From Escherichia coli (GTDB lineage Bacteria; Pseudomonadota; Gammaproteobacteria; Enterobacterales; Enterobacteriaceae), in the NCBI RefSeq assembly GCF_044324875.1, contig NZ_CP172185.1: DNA of 64,000 nucleotides; one strand, 5' to 3'. Made by a program: the position numbers and the translations under genes. Below the pieces are notes generated by a model that saw nothing but the letters and a program-made list of their open reading frames with translations, was not told the origin of the DNA and searched no databases. Every line of letters begins with the position of its first letter. Positions within the stretch are counted from its first letter, which is position 1. This document shows positions 1 through 10,173 of the stretch, one piece after another.

Positions 1-931
1 ATCGGCACGCGGTGATATTTCCCTGACCTATTTCGAGTACGGTACGCTGTCGGCGTTGTGGCTGTTCAAGCAGGCACAACTTGACGTGGTGATTCTGGAA
101 GTAGGGCTGGGCGGTCGTCTGGACGCAACCAATATTGTCGATGCCGATGTCGCGGTAGTAACCAGTATTGCGCTGGATCATACCGACTGGCTGGGGCCAG
201 ATCGCGAAAGCATTGGTCGCGAGAAAGCAGGCATCTTCCGCAGCGAAAAACCGGCAATTGTCGGTGAGCCGGAAATGCCTTCTACCATTGCTGATGTGGC
301 GCAGGAAAAAAGTGCACTGTTACAACGTCGGGGCGTTGAGTGGAACTATTCCGTCACCGATCATGACTGGACGTTTAGCGATGCTCACGGCACGCTGGAA
401 AATCTGCCGTTGCCGCTTGTCCCGCAACCGAATGCCGCAACGGCGCTGGCGGCACTGCGTGCCAGCGGGCTGGAGGTCAGTGAAAATGCCATTCGCGACG
501 GGATTGCCAGCGCAATTTTGCCGGGACGTTTCCAGATTGTGAGCGAGTCGCCACGTGTTATTTTTGATGTCGCGCATAATCCACATGCGGCGGAATATCT
601 CACCGGGCGTATGAAAGCGCTACCGAAAAACGGGCGCGTGCTGGCGGTTATCGGTATGCTACATGATAAAGATATTGCCGGAACTCTGGCCTGGTTGAAA
701 AGCGTGGTTGATGACTGGTATTGTGCGCCACTGGAAGGGCCGCGCGGTGCCACGGCAGCACAACTGCTTGAGCATTTGGGTAACGGCAAATCATTTGATA
801 GCGTGGCGCAGGCATGGGATGCCGCAATGGCGGACGCTAAAGCGGAAGATACCGTGCTGGTGTGTGGTTCGTTCCACACGGTCGCACATGTCATGGAAGT
901 GATTGACGCGAGGAGAAGCGGTGGCAAGTAA
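1..931 (+). CDS. folC: folylpolyglutamate synthase / dihydrofolate synthase, 3' portion (5' end upstream of window)
   Basis: Reading frame open from the left edge to the stop at 931; track gives the C-terminal 291 aa ending ...IDARRSGGK; Mur-ligase-like C-terminal domain; followed by dedD-cvpA-purF as in E. coli. Confidence 0.9.
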   Translation, partial: SARGDISLTYFEYGTLSALWLFKQAQLDVVILEVGLGGRLDATNIVDADVAVVTSIALDHTDWLGPDRESIGREKAGIFRSEKPAIVGEPEMPSTIADVAQEKSALLQRRGVEWNYSVTDHDWTFSDAHGTLENLPLPLVPQPNAATALAALRASGLEVSENAIRDGIASAILPGRFQIVSESPRVIFDVAHNPHAAEYLTGRMKALPKNGRVLAVIGMLHDKDIAGTLAWLKSVVDDWYCAPLEGPRGATAAQLLEHLGNGKSFDSVAQAWDAAMADAKAEDTVLVCGSFHTVAHVMEVIDARRSGGK

Positions 932-1571
932 GTTTCAGAATCGGTTAGTGGGCACGATCGTGCTGGTGGCGCTGGGGGTGATTGTACTTCCAGGGCTGCT
1001 GGACGGGCAGAAAAAACATTATCAGGATGAGTTCGCGGCTATCCCGCTGGTGCCAAAAGCAGGCGATCGCGATGAGCCTGATATGATGCCAGCCGCCACC
1101 CAGGCGCTGCCGACGCAGCCGCCGGAAGGCGCAGCGGAAGAGGTGCGGGCAGGTGATGCCGCAGCACCGTCGCTCGATCCGGCCACTATTGCAGCCAATA
1201 ACACCGAGTTTGAACCGGAACCTGCACCGGTCGCCCCACCGAAGCCGAAACCGGTGGAGTCGCCTAAACCGAAGGTTGAAGCACCACCTGCGCCGAAGCC
1301 GGTCGTGGAAGAAAAAGCAGCGCCAACGGGTAAAGCCTATGTTGTACAACTGGGCGCACTGAAAAATGCCGATAAAGTGAATGAGATTGTCGGTAAGCTG
1401 CGCGGTGCCGGTTATCGGGTTTATACGTCGCCATCCACGCCAGTGCAGGGTAAAATTACCCGTATTCTGGTTGGGCCAGATGCCTCGAAAGATAAGCTGA
1501 AAGGTTCGCTGGGTGAGTTGAAGCAACTTTCTGGCTTAAGTGGTGTGGTAATGGGCTACACGCCGAATTAA
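903..1571 (+). CDS. dedD: cell division protein DedD (SPOR domain)
   Basis: 222 aa ORF with N-terminal TM segment, Pro/Ala/Lys-rich linker and C-terminal SPOR-like domain; start ambiguous: ATG at 903 or GTG at 921, which sits 5 nt after an AGGAG at 911-915. Confidence 0.85.
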   Translation: MTRGEAVASKFQNRLVGTIVLVALGVIVLPGLLDGQKKHYQDEFAAIPLVPKAGDRDEPDMMPAATQALPTQPPEGAAEEVRAGDAAAPSLDPATIAANNTEFEPEPAPVAPPKPKPVESPKPKVEAPPAPKPVVEEKAAPTGKAYVVQLGALKNADKVNEIVGKLRGAGYRVYTSPSTPVQGKITRILVGPDASKDKLKGSLGELKQLSGLSGVVMGYTPN

Positions 1572-1578
1572 TACGGTC

Positions 1579-1850
<272 letters not shown>

Positions 1851-1882
1851 ATTGCACGATGCCGCAAAGGCATAAAAAGTCG

Positions 1883-1918
1883 ATGGCGTTGAATATTTTT
1901 TCAGCGCCATTTTTATTG
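1883..1918 (+). terminator. candidate rho-independent terminator after dedD
   Basis: Imperfect hairpin ggcgttgaa...ttcagcgcc followed by a T-rich run (atttttatt). Confidence 0.45.
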
Positions 1919-1939
1919 ATGCGTGGGAAGGAAATCCCT

Positions 1940-1955
1940 ACGCAAACGTTTTCTT
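1940..1955 (+). promoter_or_regulatory. PurR operator (pur box) overlapping the cvpA-purF promoter
   Basis: acgcaaacgttttctt matches the 16 bp PurR box consensus ACGCAAACGTTTTCNT; a -10-like tagaat follows at 1963-1968, about 45 bp before the cvpA start. Confidence 0.8.
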
Positions 1956-2011
1956 TTTCTGTTAGAATGCGCCCCGAACAGGATGACAGGGCGTAAAATC
2001 GTGGGACACAT

Positions 2012-2500
2012 ATGGTCTGGATTGATTACGCCATAATCGCGGTGATTGCTTTTTCCTCTCTGGTTAGCCTGATCCGCGGCTTTGTTCGTGAAGCGTTATC
2101 GCTGGTGACATGGGGTTGTGCTTTCTTTGTTGCCAGTCATTACTACACTTACCTGTCAGTCTGGTTTACGGGCTTTGAAGACGAACTGGTTCGAAATGGG
2201 ATTGCCATCGCGGTACTGTTTATCGCTACCCTGATCGTTGGTGCTATCGTGAACTTCGTGATAGGCCAGTTGGTAGAGAAAACGGGGTTGTCAGGCACCG
2301 ATCGGGTGCTGGGCGTCTGTTTCGGTGCGTTGCGCGGTGTGTTGATTGTTGCCGCCATTCTCTTCTTTCTCGACTCCTTTACCGGGGTGTCGAAAAGCGA
2401 AGACTGGAGCAAATCACAGCTGATCCCCCAGTTCAGTTTTATCATCAGATGGTTTTTTGATTATCTGCAAAGCTCGTCAAGTTTCTTGCCCAGAGCGTAA
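2012..2500 (+). CDS. cvpA: colicin V production / membrane protein CvpA
   Basis: 162 aa multi-TM protein immediately upstream of purF, the conserved cvpA-purF-ubiX arrangement. Confidence 0.9.
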   Translation: MVWIDYAIIAVIAFSSLVSLIRGFVREALSLVTWGCAFFVASHYYTYLSVWFTGFEDELVRNGIAIAVLFIATLIVGAIVNFVIGQLVEKTGLSGTDRVLGVCFGALRGVLIVAAILFFLDSFTGVSKSEDWSKSQLIPQFSFIIRWFFDYLQSSSSFLPRA

Positions 2501-2536
2501 GTGCTCTGAGATGTGGCTTAACGAGGAAAAAGACGT

Positions 2537-4054
2537 ATGTGCGGTATTGTCGGTATCGCCGGTGTTATGCCGGTTAACCAGTCGATTTATGATGCCTTAA
2601 CGGTGCTTCAGCATCGCGGTCAGGATGCCGCCGGCATCATCACCATAGATGCCAATAACTGCTTCCGTTTGCGTAAAGCGAACGGGCTGGTGAGCGATGT
2701 ATTTGAAGCTCGCCATATGCAGCGTTTGCAGGGCAATATGGGCATTGGTCATGTGCGTTACCCTACGGCTGGCAGCTCCAGCGCCTCTGAAGCGCAGCCA
2801 TTTTACGTTAACTCTCCGTATGGCATTACGCTTGCCCACAACGGCAATCTGACCAACGCGCATGAGTTACGTAAAAAACTGTTTGAAGAAAAACGCCGCC
2901 ACATCAACACCACTTCCGACTCGGAAATTCTGCTTAATATCTTCGCCAGCGAGCTGGACAACTTCCGCCACTACCCGCTGGAAGCCGACAACATTTTCGC
3001 CGCCATCGCTGCTACAAACCGCTTAATCCGCGGCGCGTATGCCTGTGTGGCGATGATTATCGGCCACGGTATGGTTGCTTTCCGCGATCCAAACGGGATT
3101 CGTCCGCTGGTACTGGGAAAACGTGATATTGACGAGAACCGCACAGAATATATGGTCGCTTCCGAAAGCGTTGCGCTCGATACACTAGGCTTTGATTTCC
3201 TGCGTGACGTCGCGCCTGGCGAAGCGATTTACATCACTGAAGAAGGGCAGTTGTTTACCCGTCAATGTGCTGACAATCCGGTCAGCAATCCGTGCCTGTT
3301 TGAGTATGTATACTTTGCTCGCCCGGACTCGTTCATCGACAAAATTTCCGTTTACAGCGCGCGTGTGAATATGGGCACGAAGCTGGGCGAGAAAATTGCC
3401 CGCGAATGGGAAGATCTGGATATCGACGTGGTGATCCCGATCCCGGAAACCTCGTGTGATATCGCGCTGGAAATTGCTCGTATTCTGGGCAAACCGTACC
3501 GTCAGGGCTTCGTTAAAAACCGCTATGTAGGCCGTACCTTCATCATGCCGGGTCAGCAGCTGCGTCGTAAGTCCGTGCGCCGTAAACTGAACGCCAACCG
3601 CGCCGAGTTCCGCGATAAAAACGTCCTGCTGGTCGACGACTCCATCGTCCGTGGCACCACTTCTGAGCAGATTATCGAGATGGCACGCGAAGCCGGAGCG
3701 AAGAAAGTGTATCTCGCTTCTGCGGCACCGGAAATTCGCTTCCCGAACGTTTATGGTATTGATATGCCGAGCGCCACGGAACTGATCGCTCACGGTCGCG
3801 AAGTAGATGAAATTCGCCAGATCATCGGTGCTGACGGGTTGATTTTCCAGGATCTGAACGATCTGATCGAAGCCGTTCGCGCTGAAAACCCGGATATCCA
3901 GCAGTTTGAATGCTCGGTGTTCAACGGCGTCTACGTCACCAAAGATGTTGATCAGGGCTACCTCGATTTCCTCGATACTTTACGTAATGACGACGCCAAA
4001 GCCGTGCAACGTCAGAACGAAGTGGAAAATCTCGAAATGCATAACGAAGGATGA
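2537..4054 (+). CDS. purF: amidophosphoribosyltransferase
   Basis: 505 aa; N-terminal MCGIVGI (Ntn amidotransferase Cys1) and PRTase-type C-terminal domain. Confidence 0.97.
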   Translation: MCGIVGIAGVMPVNQSIYDALTVLQHRGQDAAGIITIDANNCFRLRKANGLVSDVFEARHMQRLQGNMGIGHVRYPTAGSSSASEAQPFYVNSPYGITLAHNGNLTNAHELRKKLFEEKRRHINTTSDSEILLNIFASELDNFRHYPLEADNIFAAIAATNRLIRGAYACVAMIIGHGMVAFRDPNGIRPLVLGKRDIDENRTEYMVASESVALDTLGFDFLRDVAPGEAIYITEEGQLFTRQCADNPVSNPCLFEYVYFARPDSFIDKISVYSARVNMGTKLGEKIAREWEDLDIDVVIPIPETSCDIALEIARILGKPYRQGFVKNRYVGRTFIMPGQQLRRKSVRRKLNANRAEFRDKNVLLVDDSIVRGTTSEQIIEMAREAGAKKVYLASAAPEIRFPNVYGIDMPSATELIAHGREVDEIRQIIGADGLIFQDLNDLIEAVRAENPDIQQFECSVFNGVYVTKDVDQGYLDFLDTLRNDDAKAVQRQNEVENLEMHNEG

Positions 4055-4148
4055 TGCCTTCGCTCAGGGTGCCGGTCTGGCACCCTGACTTGCAACTCCC
4101 GCCGAAATCCTGCAAAGTCTGCCTGCAAGTCTGACAGGGCAACTATTT

Positions 4149-4718
4149 ATGAAACGACTCATTGTAGGCATCAGCGGTGCCAGCGGCGCGATTTATGGCG
4201 TGCGCTTATTACAGGTTCTGCGCGATGTCGCAGATGTTGAAACGCATCTGGTAATGAGCCAGGCCGCGCGCCAGACCTTATCTCTTGAAACGGATTTTTC
4301 CCTGCGCGAAGTGCAGGCGTTAGCTGATGTGACGCACGATGCGCGCGATATTGCTGCCAGCATCTCTTCTGGTTCTTTCCAGACGCTGGGGATGGTGATT
4401 TTACCCTGTTCAATCAAAACCCTGTCCGGCATTGTCCATAGCTATACTGATGGCTTACTGACCCGTGCGGCAGATGTGGTGCTGAAAGAGCGTCGCCCGT
4501 TGGTGCTCTGCGTACGTGAAACACCATTGCACTTAGGCCATCTGCGTTTAATGACTCAGGCAGCAGAAATCGGTGCGGTGATTATGCCTCCCGTTCCGGC
4601 GTTTTATCATCGCCCGCAATCCCTTGATGATGTGATAAATCAGACGGTTAACCGTGTACTCGATCAATTCGCCATAACGCTTCCTGAAGATCTCTTTGCC
4701 CGCTGGCAGGGCGCATAA
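4149..4718 (+). CDS. ubiX: flavin prenyltransferase UbiX
   Basis: 189 aa, N-terminal MKRLIVGISGASGAIYGVRLL flavoprotein fold; position after purF. Confidence 0.93.
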   Translation: MKRLIVGISGASGAIYGVRLLQVLRDVADVETHLVMSQAARQTLSLETDFSLREVQALADVTHDARDIAASISSGSFQTLGMVILPCSIKTLSGIVHSYTDGLLTRAADVVLKERRPLVLCVRETPLHLGHLRLMTQAAEIGAVIMPPVPAFYHRPQSLDDVINQTVNRVLDQFAITLPEDLFARWQGA

Positions 4719-4727
4719 CTCCGCTGT

Positions 4728-4748
4728 TGCCCTGTTTCAGGGCAATTT
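4728..4748 (+). terminator. candidate hairpin terminator after ubiX
   Basis: Inverted repeat ttgccctg-tttc-agggcaa directly after the ubiX stop; weak T-tract. Confidence 0.4.
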
Positions 4749-4899
4749 TGCAACCGCGATCAAATCCTCGACATTTTGTTTCTGCCATTCAATCGAAACG
4801 CTGCGATTCAACCGCTATACCTGCTATCTTCAACTTCAGGACAATAATGCAACGTCTTATTAACATATTTAACGTTGAATGTTACTGTTGTCGTAATGA

Positions 4900-4915
4900 T
4901 GGCATAAGACCTGCA
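4900..4915 (+). promoter_or_regulatory. candidate sigma54 (-24/-12) promoter for argT
   Basis: tGGcataagacctGCa fits the GG-N10-GC spacing of TGGCAC-N5-TTGCA; about 70 bp upstream of the argT ATG. Confidence 0.5.
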
Positions 4916-4983
4916 TGAAAGAGCCTGCAAACACACAACACAATACACAACATAAAAAAGCCATTTTCACTTGAGGGTTATGT

Positions 4984-5766
4984 ATGAAGAAGTCGATTCT
5001 CGCTCTGTCTTTGTTAGTCGGTCTCTCCGCAGCGGCTTCCAGCTATGCGGCGCTACCGGAGACGGTACGTATCGGAACTGATACCACCTATGCGCCGTTC
5101 TCATCGAAAGATGCCAAAGGTGACTTTGTTGGCTTTGATATCGATCTCGGTAACGAGATGTGCAAACGGATGCAGGTGAAATGTACCTGGGTTGCCAGTG
5201 ACTTTGACGCGCTGATCCCCTCACTGAAAGCGAAAAAAATCGACGCCATTATTTCGTCGCTTTCCATTACCGATAAACGTCAGCAGGAGATTGCTTTCTC
5301 CGACAAGTTGTACGCCGCAGATTCTCGTTTGATTGCCGCCAAAGGTTCGCCGATTCAGCCAACGCTGGATTCACTGAAAGGTAAACATGTGGGTGTGCTG
5401 CAGGGATCAACCCAGGAAGCTTACGCTAACGAGACCTGGCGTAGCAAAGGTGTGGATGTGGTGGCCTATGCCAACCAGGATTTGGTCTATTCCGATCTGG
5501 CTGCAGGACGTCTGGATGCCGCACTGCAGGATGAAGTGGCGGCCAGCGAAGGATTCCTCAAGCAACCTGCTGGTAAAGAGTTCGCCTTTGCTGGCTCATC
5601 AGTGAAAGACAAAAAATACTTCGGTGACGGCACCGGTGTAGGGCTACGTAAAGATGATGCGGAACTGACGGCTGCCTTCAATAAGGCGCTTGGCGAGCTG
5701 CGTCAGGACGGCACCTACGACAAGATGGCGAAAAAGTATTTTGACTTTAATGTCTACGGTGACTGA
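4984..5766 (+). CDS. argT: lysine/arginine/ornithine-binding periplasmic protein
   Basis: 260 aa with signal peptide; highly similar to the adjacent HisJ; upstream of hisJQMP. Confidence 0.93.
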   Translation: MKKSILALSLLVGLSAAASSYAALPETVRIGTDTTYAPFSSKDAKGDFVGFDIDLGNEMCKRMQVKCTWVASDFDALIPSLKAKKIDAIISSLSITDKRQQEIAFSDKLYAADSRLIAAKGSPIQPTLDSLKGKHVGVLQGSTQEAYANETWRSKGVDVVAYANQDLVYSDLAAGRLDAALQDEVAASEGFLKQPAGKEFAFAGSSVKDKKYFGDGTGVGLRKDDAELTAAFNKALGELRQDGTYDKMAKKYFDFNVYGD

Positions 5767-5824
5767 TACGTCGCAGGGAAGCTGTACCTGATGGAATGAT
5801 CATCATGGTGCACGCCAGGTTTGT

Positions 5825-5841
5825 TGCACTATCGTAGTGCA
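5825..5841 (+). promoter_or_regulatory. candidate NtrC-type binding site upstream of hisJ
   Basis: Perfect palindrome tgcact-atcgt-agtgca in the TGCACY-N5-RGTGCA format, in the argT-hisJ intergenic region. Confidence 0.5.
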
Positions 5842-5986
5842 TTGAAATGCATACTTAAGCATTTTTAATGAAAAATAATACGTCTAACGGGGCGGGATAT
5901 TTTGCCTTGATGGTCAATTTTATGGCACGATAAGTGTAACAAACCTGTAAATATTCCCTATAAAAAGACTGTCAGTTGAGGACATT

Positions 5987-6769
5987 ATGAAAAAACTGGT
6001 GCTATCGCTCTCTCTGGTTCTGGCCTTCTCCAGCGCAACTGTGGCGTTTGCTGCGATTCCGCAAAACATCCGCATCGGTACCGATCCGACCTATGCGCCA
6101 TTTGAATCAAAAAATTCACAAGGTGAACTGGTTGGCTTCGATATCGATCTGGCAAAGGAGTTGTGCAAACGCATCAATACGCAATGTACGTTTGTCGAAA
6201 ACCCACTGGATGCGTTAATCCCGTCCTTAAAAGCGAAGAAGATTGACGCCATCATGTCATCGCTTTCCATTACGGAAAAACGTCAGCAAGAAATAGCCTT
6301 CACCGACAAACTGTACGCAGCCGATTCTCGTCTGGTGGTGGCGAAAAACTCCGACATTCAGCCGACAGTCGAATCGCTGAAAGGCAAGCGGGTAGGCGTA
6401 TTGCAGGGCACCACCCAGGAGACGTTCGGTAACGAACACTGGGCACCAAAAGGCATTGAAATCGTCTCGTATCAGGGGCAGGACAACATTTATTCTGACC
6501 TGACTGCCGGACGTATTGATGCCGCGTTCCAGGATGAGGTCGCAGCCAGCGAAGGTTTCCTCAAACAACCCGTCGGTAAAGATTACAAATTCGGTGGCCC
6601 GTCTGTTAAAGATGAAAAACTGTTTGGCGTAGGGACCGGCATGGGCCTGCGTAAAGAAGATAACGAACTGCGCGAGGCACTGAACAAAGCCTTTGCCGAA
6701 ATGCGCGCTGACGGTACTTACGAGAAATTAGCGAAAAAGTACTTCGATTTTGATGTTTATGGTGGTTAA
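5987..6769 (+). CDS. hisJ: histidine-binding periplasmic protein
   Basis: 260 aa with signal peptide, type-2 periplasmic binding fold; followed by hisQ-hisM-hisP. Confidence 0.95.
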   Translation: MKKLVLSLSLVLAFSSATVAFAAIPQNIRIGTDPTYAPFESKNSQGELVGFDIDLAKELCKRINTQCTFVENPLDALIPSLKAKKIDAIMSSLSITEKRQQEIAFTDKLYAADSRLVVAKNSDIQPTVESLKGKRVGVLQGTTQETFGNEHWAPKGIEIVSYQGQDNIYSDLTAGRIDAAFQDEVAASEGFLKQPVGKDYKFGGPSVKDEKLFGVGTGMGLRKEDNELREALNKAFAEMRADGTYEKLAKKYFDFDVYGG

Positions 6770-6858
6770 TCGCCATCGGTGAAAGAAAGCCCGCTCCCTT
6801 CGGGTAACCGGAGGGAGACAAGAGGCGGTAATTCACCACACACGACAGGACAGGCTGC

Positions 6859-7545
6859 ATGTTGTATGGGTTTTCAGGTGTTATTTTACAGGGTGCGCTC
6901 GTCACGCTGGAGCTGGCTATCAGCTCTGTAGTGCTCGCTGTAATCATCGGTTTAATTGGCGCTGGCGGTAAGCTCTCGCAAAATCGGCTTTCGGGCCTTA
7001 TTTTCGAAGGCTACACCACGCTGATTCGTGGCGTGCCGGACTTGGTGTTGATGCTGCTAATTTTCTACGGTTTGCAGATTGCACTAAACACGGTGACGGA
7101 GGCGATGGGCGTCGGGCAGATTGATATTGATCCGATGGTCGCAGGTATTATCACTCTCGGTTTTATCTACGGTGCTTACTTTACCGAAACGTTCCGTGGC
7201 GCGTTTATGGCTGTGCCGAAAGGGCATATAGAGGCGGCGACGGCGTTCGGTTTTACTCGTGGGCAAGTGTTTCGGCGGATCATGTTTCCGGCGATGATGC
7301 GTTACGCCCTGCCAGGCATTGGCAACAACTGGCAGGTGATCCTCAAATCTACCGCTCTGGTTTCGTTACTTGGCCTGGAAGATGTGGTCAAAGCCACGCA
7401 GCTGGCAGGCAAAAGTACCTGGGAACCGTTCTATTTCGCCATCGTTTGTGGCGTGATTTACCTGGTTTTCACCACCGTTTCCAATGGTGTGCTGCTGTTC
7501 CTTGAGCGCCGCTACTCCGTGGGTGTGAAGAGGGCTGACCTGTGA
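6859..7545 (+). CDS. hisQ: histidine/lysine/arginine/ornithine ABC transporter permease
   Basis: 228 aa polytopic permease; its stop overlaps the hisM start. Confidence 0.93.
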   Translation: MLYGFSGVILQGALVTLELAISSVVLAVIIGLIGAGGKLSQNRLSGLIFEGYTTLIRGVPDLVLMLLIFYGLQIALNTVTEAMGVGQIDIDPMVAGIITLGFIYGAYFTETFRGAFMAVPKGHIEAATAFGFTRGQVFRRIMFPAMMRYALPGIGNNWQVILKSTALVSLLGLEDVVKATQLAGKSTWEPFYFAIVCGVIYLVFTTVSNGVLLFLERRYSVGVKRADL

Positions 7546-8258
7546 TCGAAATCTTACATGAATACTGGAAACCGTTGTTGTGGACCGACGGTTATCGCTT
7601 TACTGGCGTGGCGATCACCCTGTGGCTGCTGATTTTGTCGGTAGTGATAGGCGGAGTTCTGGCGCTGTTTCTGGCGATTGGTCGTGTCTCCAGTAATAAA
7701 TACATCCAGTTTCCAATCTGGTTATTTACCTATATTTTTCGCGGTACGCCGCTGTATGTTCAGTTGCTGGTGTTCTATTCCGGCATGTATACGCTGGAGA
7801 TTGTTAAGGGGACCGAGTTTCTTAACGCTTTCTTCCGCAGTGGCCTGAACTGTACCGTGCTGGCGCTTACGCTTAACACCTGCGCTTACACTACCGAGAT
7901 TTTTGCTGGGGCAATCCGTTCAGTGCCGCATGGGGAAATTGAAGCCGCCAGAGCCTATGGCTTCTCGACCTTTAAAATGTATCGCTGCATTATTTTGCCA
8001 TCGGCGCTGCGTATTGCGTTACCGGCCTACAGCAACGAAGTGATCCTGATGCTGCATTCTACTGCGCTGGCGTTTACGGCCACGGTGCCGGATCTGCTGA
8101 AAATTGCCCGTGATATCAACGCCGCGACGTATCAACCTTTTACCGCCTTCGGCATTGCCGCGGTGCTCTATTTAATCATCTCTTATGTCCTGATCAGCCT
8201 CTTTCGCAGAGCGGAAAAACGCTGGTTGCAGCATGTGAAACCTTCTTCAACGCACTGA
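7542..8258 (+). CDS. hisM: histidine/lysine/arginine/ornithine ABC transporter permease
   Basis: 238 aa polytopic permease; 4 bp overlap with hisQ. Confidence 0.93.
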   Translation: MIEILHEYWKPLLWTDGYRFTGVAITLWLLILSVVIGGVLALFLAIGRVSSNKYIQFPIWLFTYIFRGTPLYVQLLVFYSGMYTLEIVKGTEFLNAFFRSGLNCTVLALTLNTCAYTTEIFAGAIRSVPHGEIEAARAYGFSTFKMYRCIILPSALRIALPAYSNEVILMLHSTALAFTATVPDLLKIARDINAATYQPFTAFGIAAVLYLIISYVLISLFRRAEKRWLQHVKPSSTH

Positions 8259-8265
8259 GAATACG

Positions 8266-9039
8266 ATGTCCGAGAATAAATTAAACGTTATCGATTTGCA
8301 CAAACGCTACGGCGAACACGAAGTGCTGAAAGGGGTCTCACTGCAAGCGAATGCCGGAGATGTCATAAGCATCATCGGATCGTCGGGATCGGGGAAAAGT
8401 ACCTTTCTGCGCTGCATTAACTTCCTCGAAAAACCGAGTGAAGGGTCGATCGTGGTCAATGGCCAGACGATCAATCTGGTGCGCGACAAAGATGGTCAAC
8501 TCAAAGTCGCCGATAAAAATCAGCTGCGCTTACTGCGCACACGCCTGACGATGGTATTCCAGCACTTCAATCTCTGGAGCCACATGACGGTGCTGGAAAA
8601 CGTCATGGAAGCGCCGATTCAGGTGTTGGGCCTGAGCAAGCAGGAAGCGCGCGAGCGGGCGGTGAAGTATCTGGCAAAAGTTGGGATAGACGAACGTGCG
8701 CAGGGGAAATATCCGGTGCACCTGTCCGGTGGTCAGCAACAGCGTGTTTCCATCGCAAGGGCGCTGGCAATGGAACCGGAAGTTTTACTATTTGATGAAC
8801 CTACCTCGGCGCTCGATCCTGAACTGGTAGGCGAAGTGTTACGTATTATGCAGCAATTGGCAGAAGAGGGGAAAACCATGGTGGTAGTGACTCACGAAAT
8901 GGGCTTTGCTCGCCATGTTTCTACTCACGTCATTTTCCTCCATCAGGGGAAAATAGAAGAAGAGGGCGCGCCAGAACAGTTATTTGGTAACCCGCAAAGC
9001 CCTCGTCTGCAACAGTTCCTTAAAGGTTCGCTGAAATAA
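8266..9039 (+). CDS. hisP: histidine/lysine/arginine/ornithine ABC transporter ATP-binding protein
   Basis: 257 aa; Walker [13 protein letters not shown] signature LSGGQQQRV, Walker [12 protein letters not shown]. Confidence 0.96.
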   Translation: MSENKLNVIDLHKRYGEHEVLKGVSLQANAGDVISIIGSSGSGKSTFLRCINFLEKPSEGSIVVNGQTINLVRDKDGQLKVADKNQLRLLRTRLTMVFQHFNLWSHMTVLENVMEAPIQVLGLSKQEARERAVKYLAKVGIDERAQGKYPVHLSGGQQQRVSIARALAMEPEVLLFDEPTSALDPELVGEVLRIMQQLAEEGKTMVVVTHEMGFARHVSTHVIFLHQGKIEEEGAPEQLFGNPQSPRLQQFLKGSLK

Positions 9040-9044
9040 TTTCC

Positions 9045-9076
9045 TCTCCGGTGGCTAACGCTGCCGGAGTATTTTC
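9045..9076 (+). terminator. candidate rho-independent terminator after hisP
   Basis: Hairpin ctccgg...ccggag followed by tatttt. Confidence 0.5.
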
Positions 9077-9235
9077 AAGGGGAATTTGCGAGTCCGCTTC
9101 CGCTGAAATGTAAAAGTTGCAGTCCGCTAAAAATAGTTCTGAATTCGCTGTCCAAAGATAAAAACTGCCTGCTGCATTGGGTGTAAATCGTGGTTATTGT
9201 CGCGTCATCTTAAATTTGAGGGGTGACGGAACGCC

Positions 9236-10126
9236 ATGACAATATCGACAACTTCCACGCCGCATGATGCGGTATTTAAATCTTTTTTACGCCATCCAGA
9301 CACCGCGCGGGATTTTATTGATATTCATCTTCCCGCGCCGCTGCGCAAACTGTGTGATTTAACGACGCTTAAACTGGAACCAAACAGTTTTATTGATGAA
9401 GACCTGCGGCAATATTATTCCGACCTCTTGTGGTCTGTGAAAACGCAGGAGGGAGCGGGTTATATTTATGTGGTGATAGAGCACCAAAGTAAGCCAGAGG
9501 AATTAATGGCTTTTCGCATGATGCGCTATTCCATTGCGGCGATGCAAAACCATCTTGATGCGGGTTATAAAGAGCTTCCATTAGTGATCCCGATGCTGTT
9601 TTATCATGGTTGCAGAAGCCCTTATCCATATTCACTCTGCTGGCTTGATGAATTTGCCGAGCCTGCGATTGCCCGCAAAATTTATTCATCGGCTTTTCCG
9701 CTGGTGGATATTACCGTGGTGCCGGATGACGAGATTATGCAACATCGCAAAATGGCGCTGTTGGAGTTAATTCAGAAACATATTCGTCAGCGCGATCTGT
9801 TGGGATTAGTCGACCAAATTGTTTCGCTGCTAGTTACAGGGAACACTAATGACAGACAGCTAAAAGCCCTGTTTAATTATGTATTACAAACGGGAGATGC
9901 CCAGCGTTTCCGTGCATTTATTGGTGAGATAGCGGAACGCGCACCACAAGAAAAGGAGAAACTGATGACCATTGCTGACAGATTACGTGAAGAAGGCGCA
10001 ATGCAGGGCAAACACGAAGAAGCCCTGCGTATTGCTCAGGAGATGCTGGAGAGAGGTTTAGACAGAGAGTTAGTTATGATGGTGACCCGACTTTCACCAG
10101 ACGATCTTATCGCGCAAAGCCACTAA
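9236..10126 (+). CDS. rpnB: recombination-promoting nuclease RpnB (transposase_31 / PD-(D/E)XK family, YhgA-like)
   Basis: 296 aa; N-terminal HDAVFKSFL motif typical of Rpn/YhgA-like proteins; position matches yfcI downstream of hisP. Confidence 0.8.
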   Translation: MTISTTSTPHDAVFKSFLRHPDTARDFIDIHLPAPLRKLCDLTTLKLEPNSFIDEDLRQYYSDLLWSVKTQEGAGYIYVVIEHQSKPEELMAFRMMRYSIAAMQNHLDAGYKELPLVIPMLFYHGCRSPYPYSLCWLDEFAEPAIARKIYSSAFPLVDITVVPDDEIMQHRKMALLELIQKHIRQRDLLGLVDQIVSLLVTGNTNDRQLKALFNYVLQTGDAQRFRAFIGEIAERAPQEKEKLMTIADRLREEGAMQGKHEEALRIAQEMLERGLDRELVMMVTRLSPDDLIAQSH

Positions 10127-10173
10127 TTCTGTAACACCAGGAGTTAACTGGCGGATGTTTGCAGTAAACCACA

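Noticed and set aside
6791-6817. Short hairpin (ctccc...gggag) between hisJ and hisQ
   Set aside because: Only a 5 bp stem with a 14 nt loop and no T-tract; too weak to call a terminator or REP element
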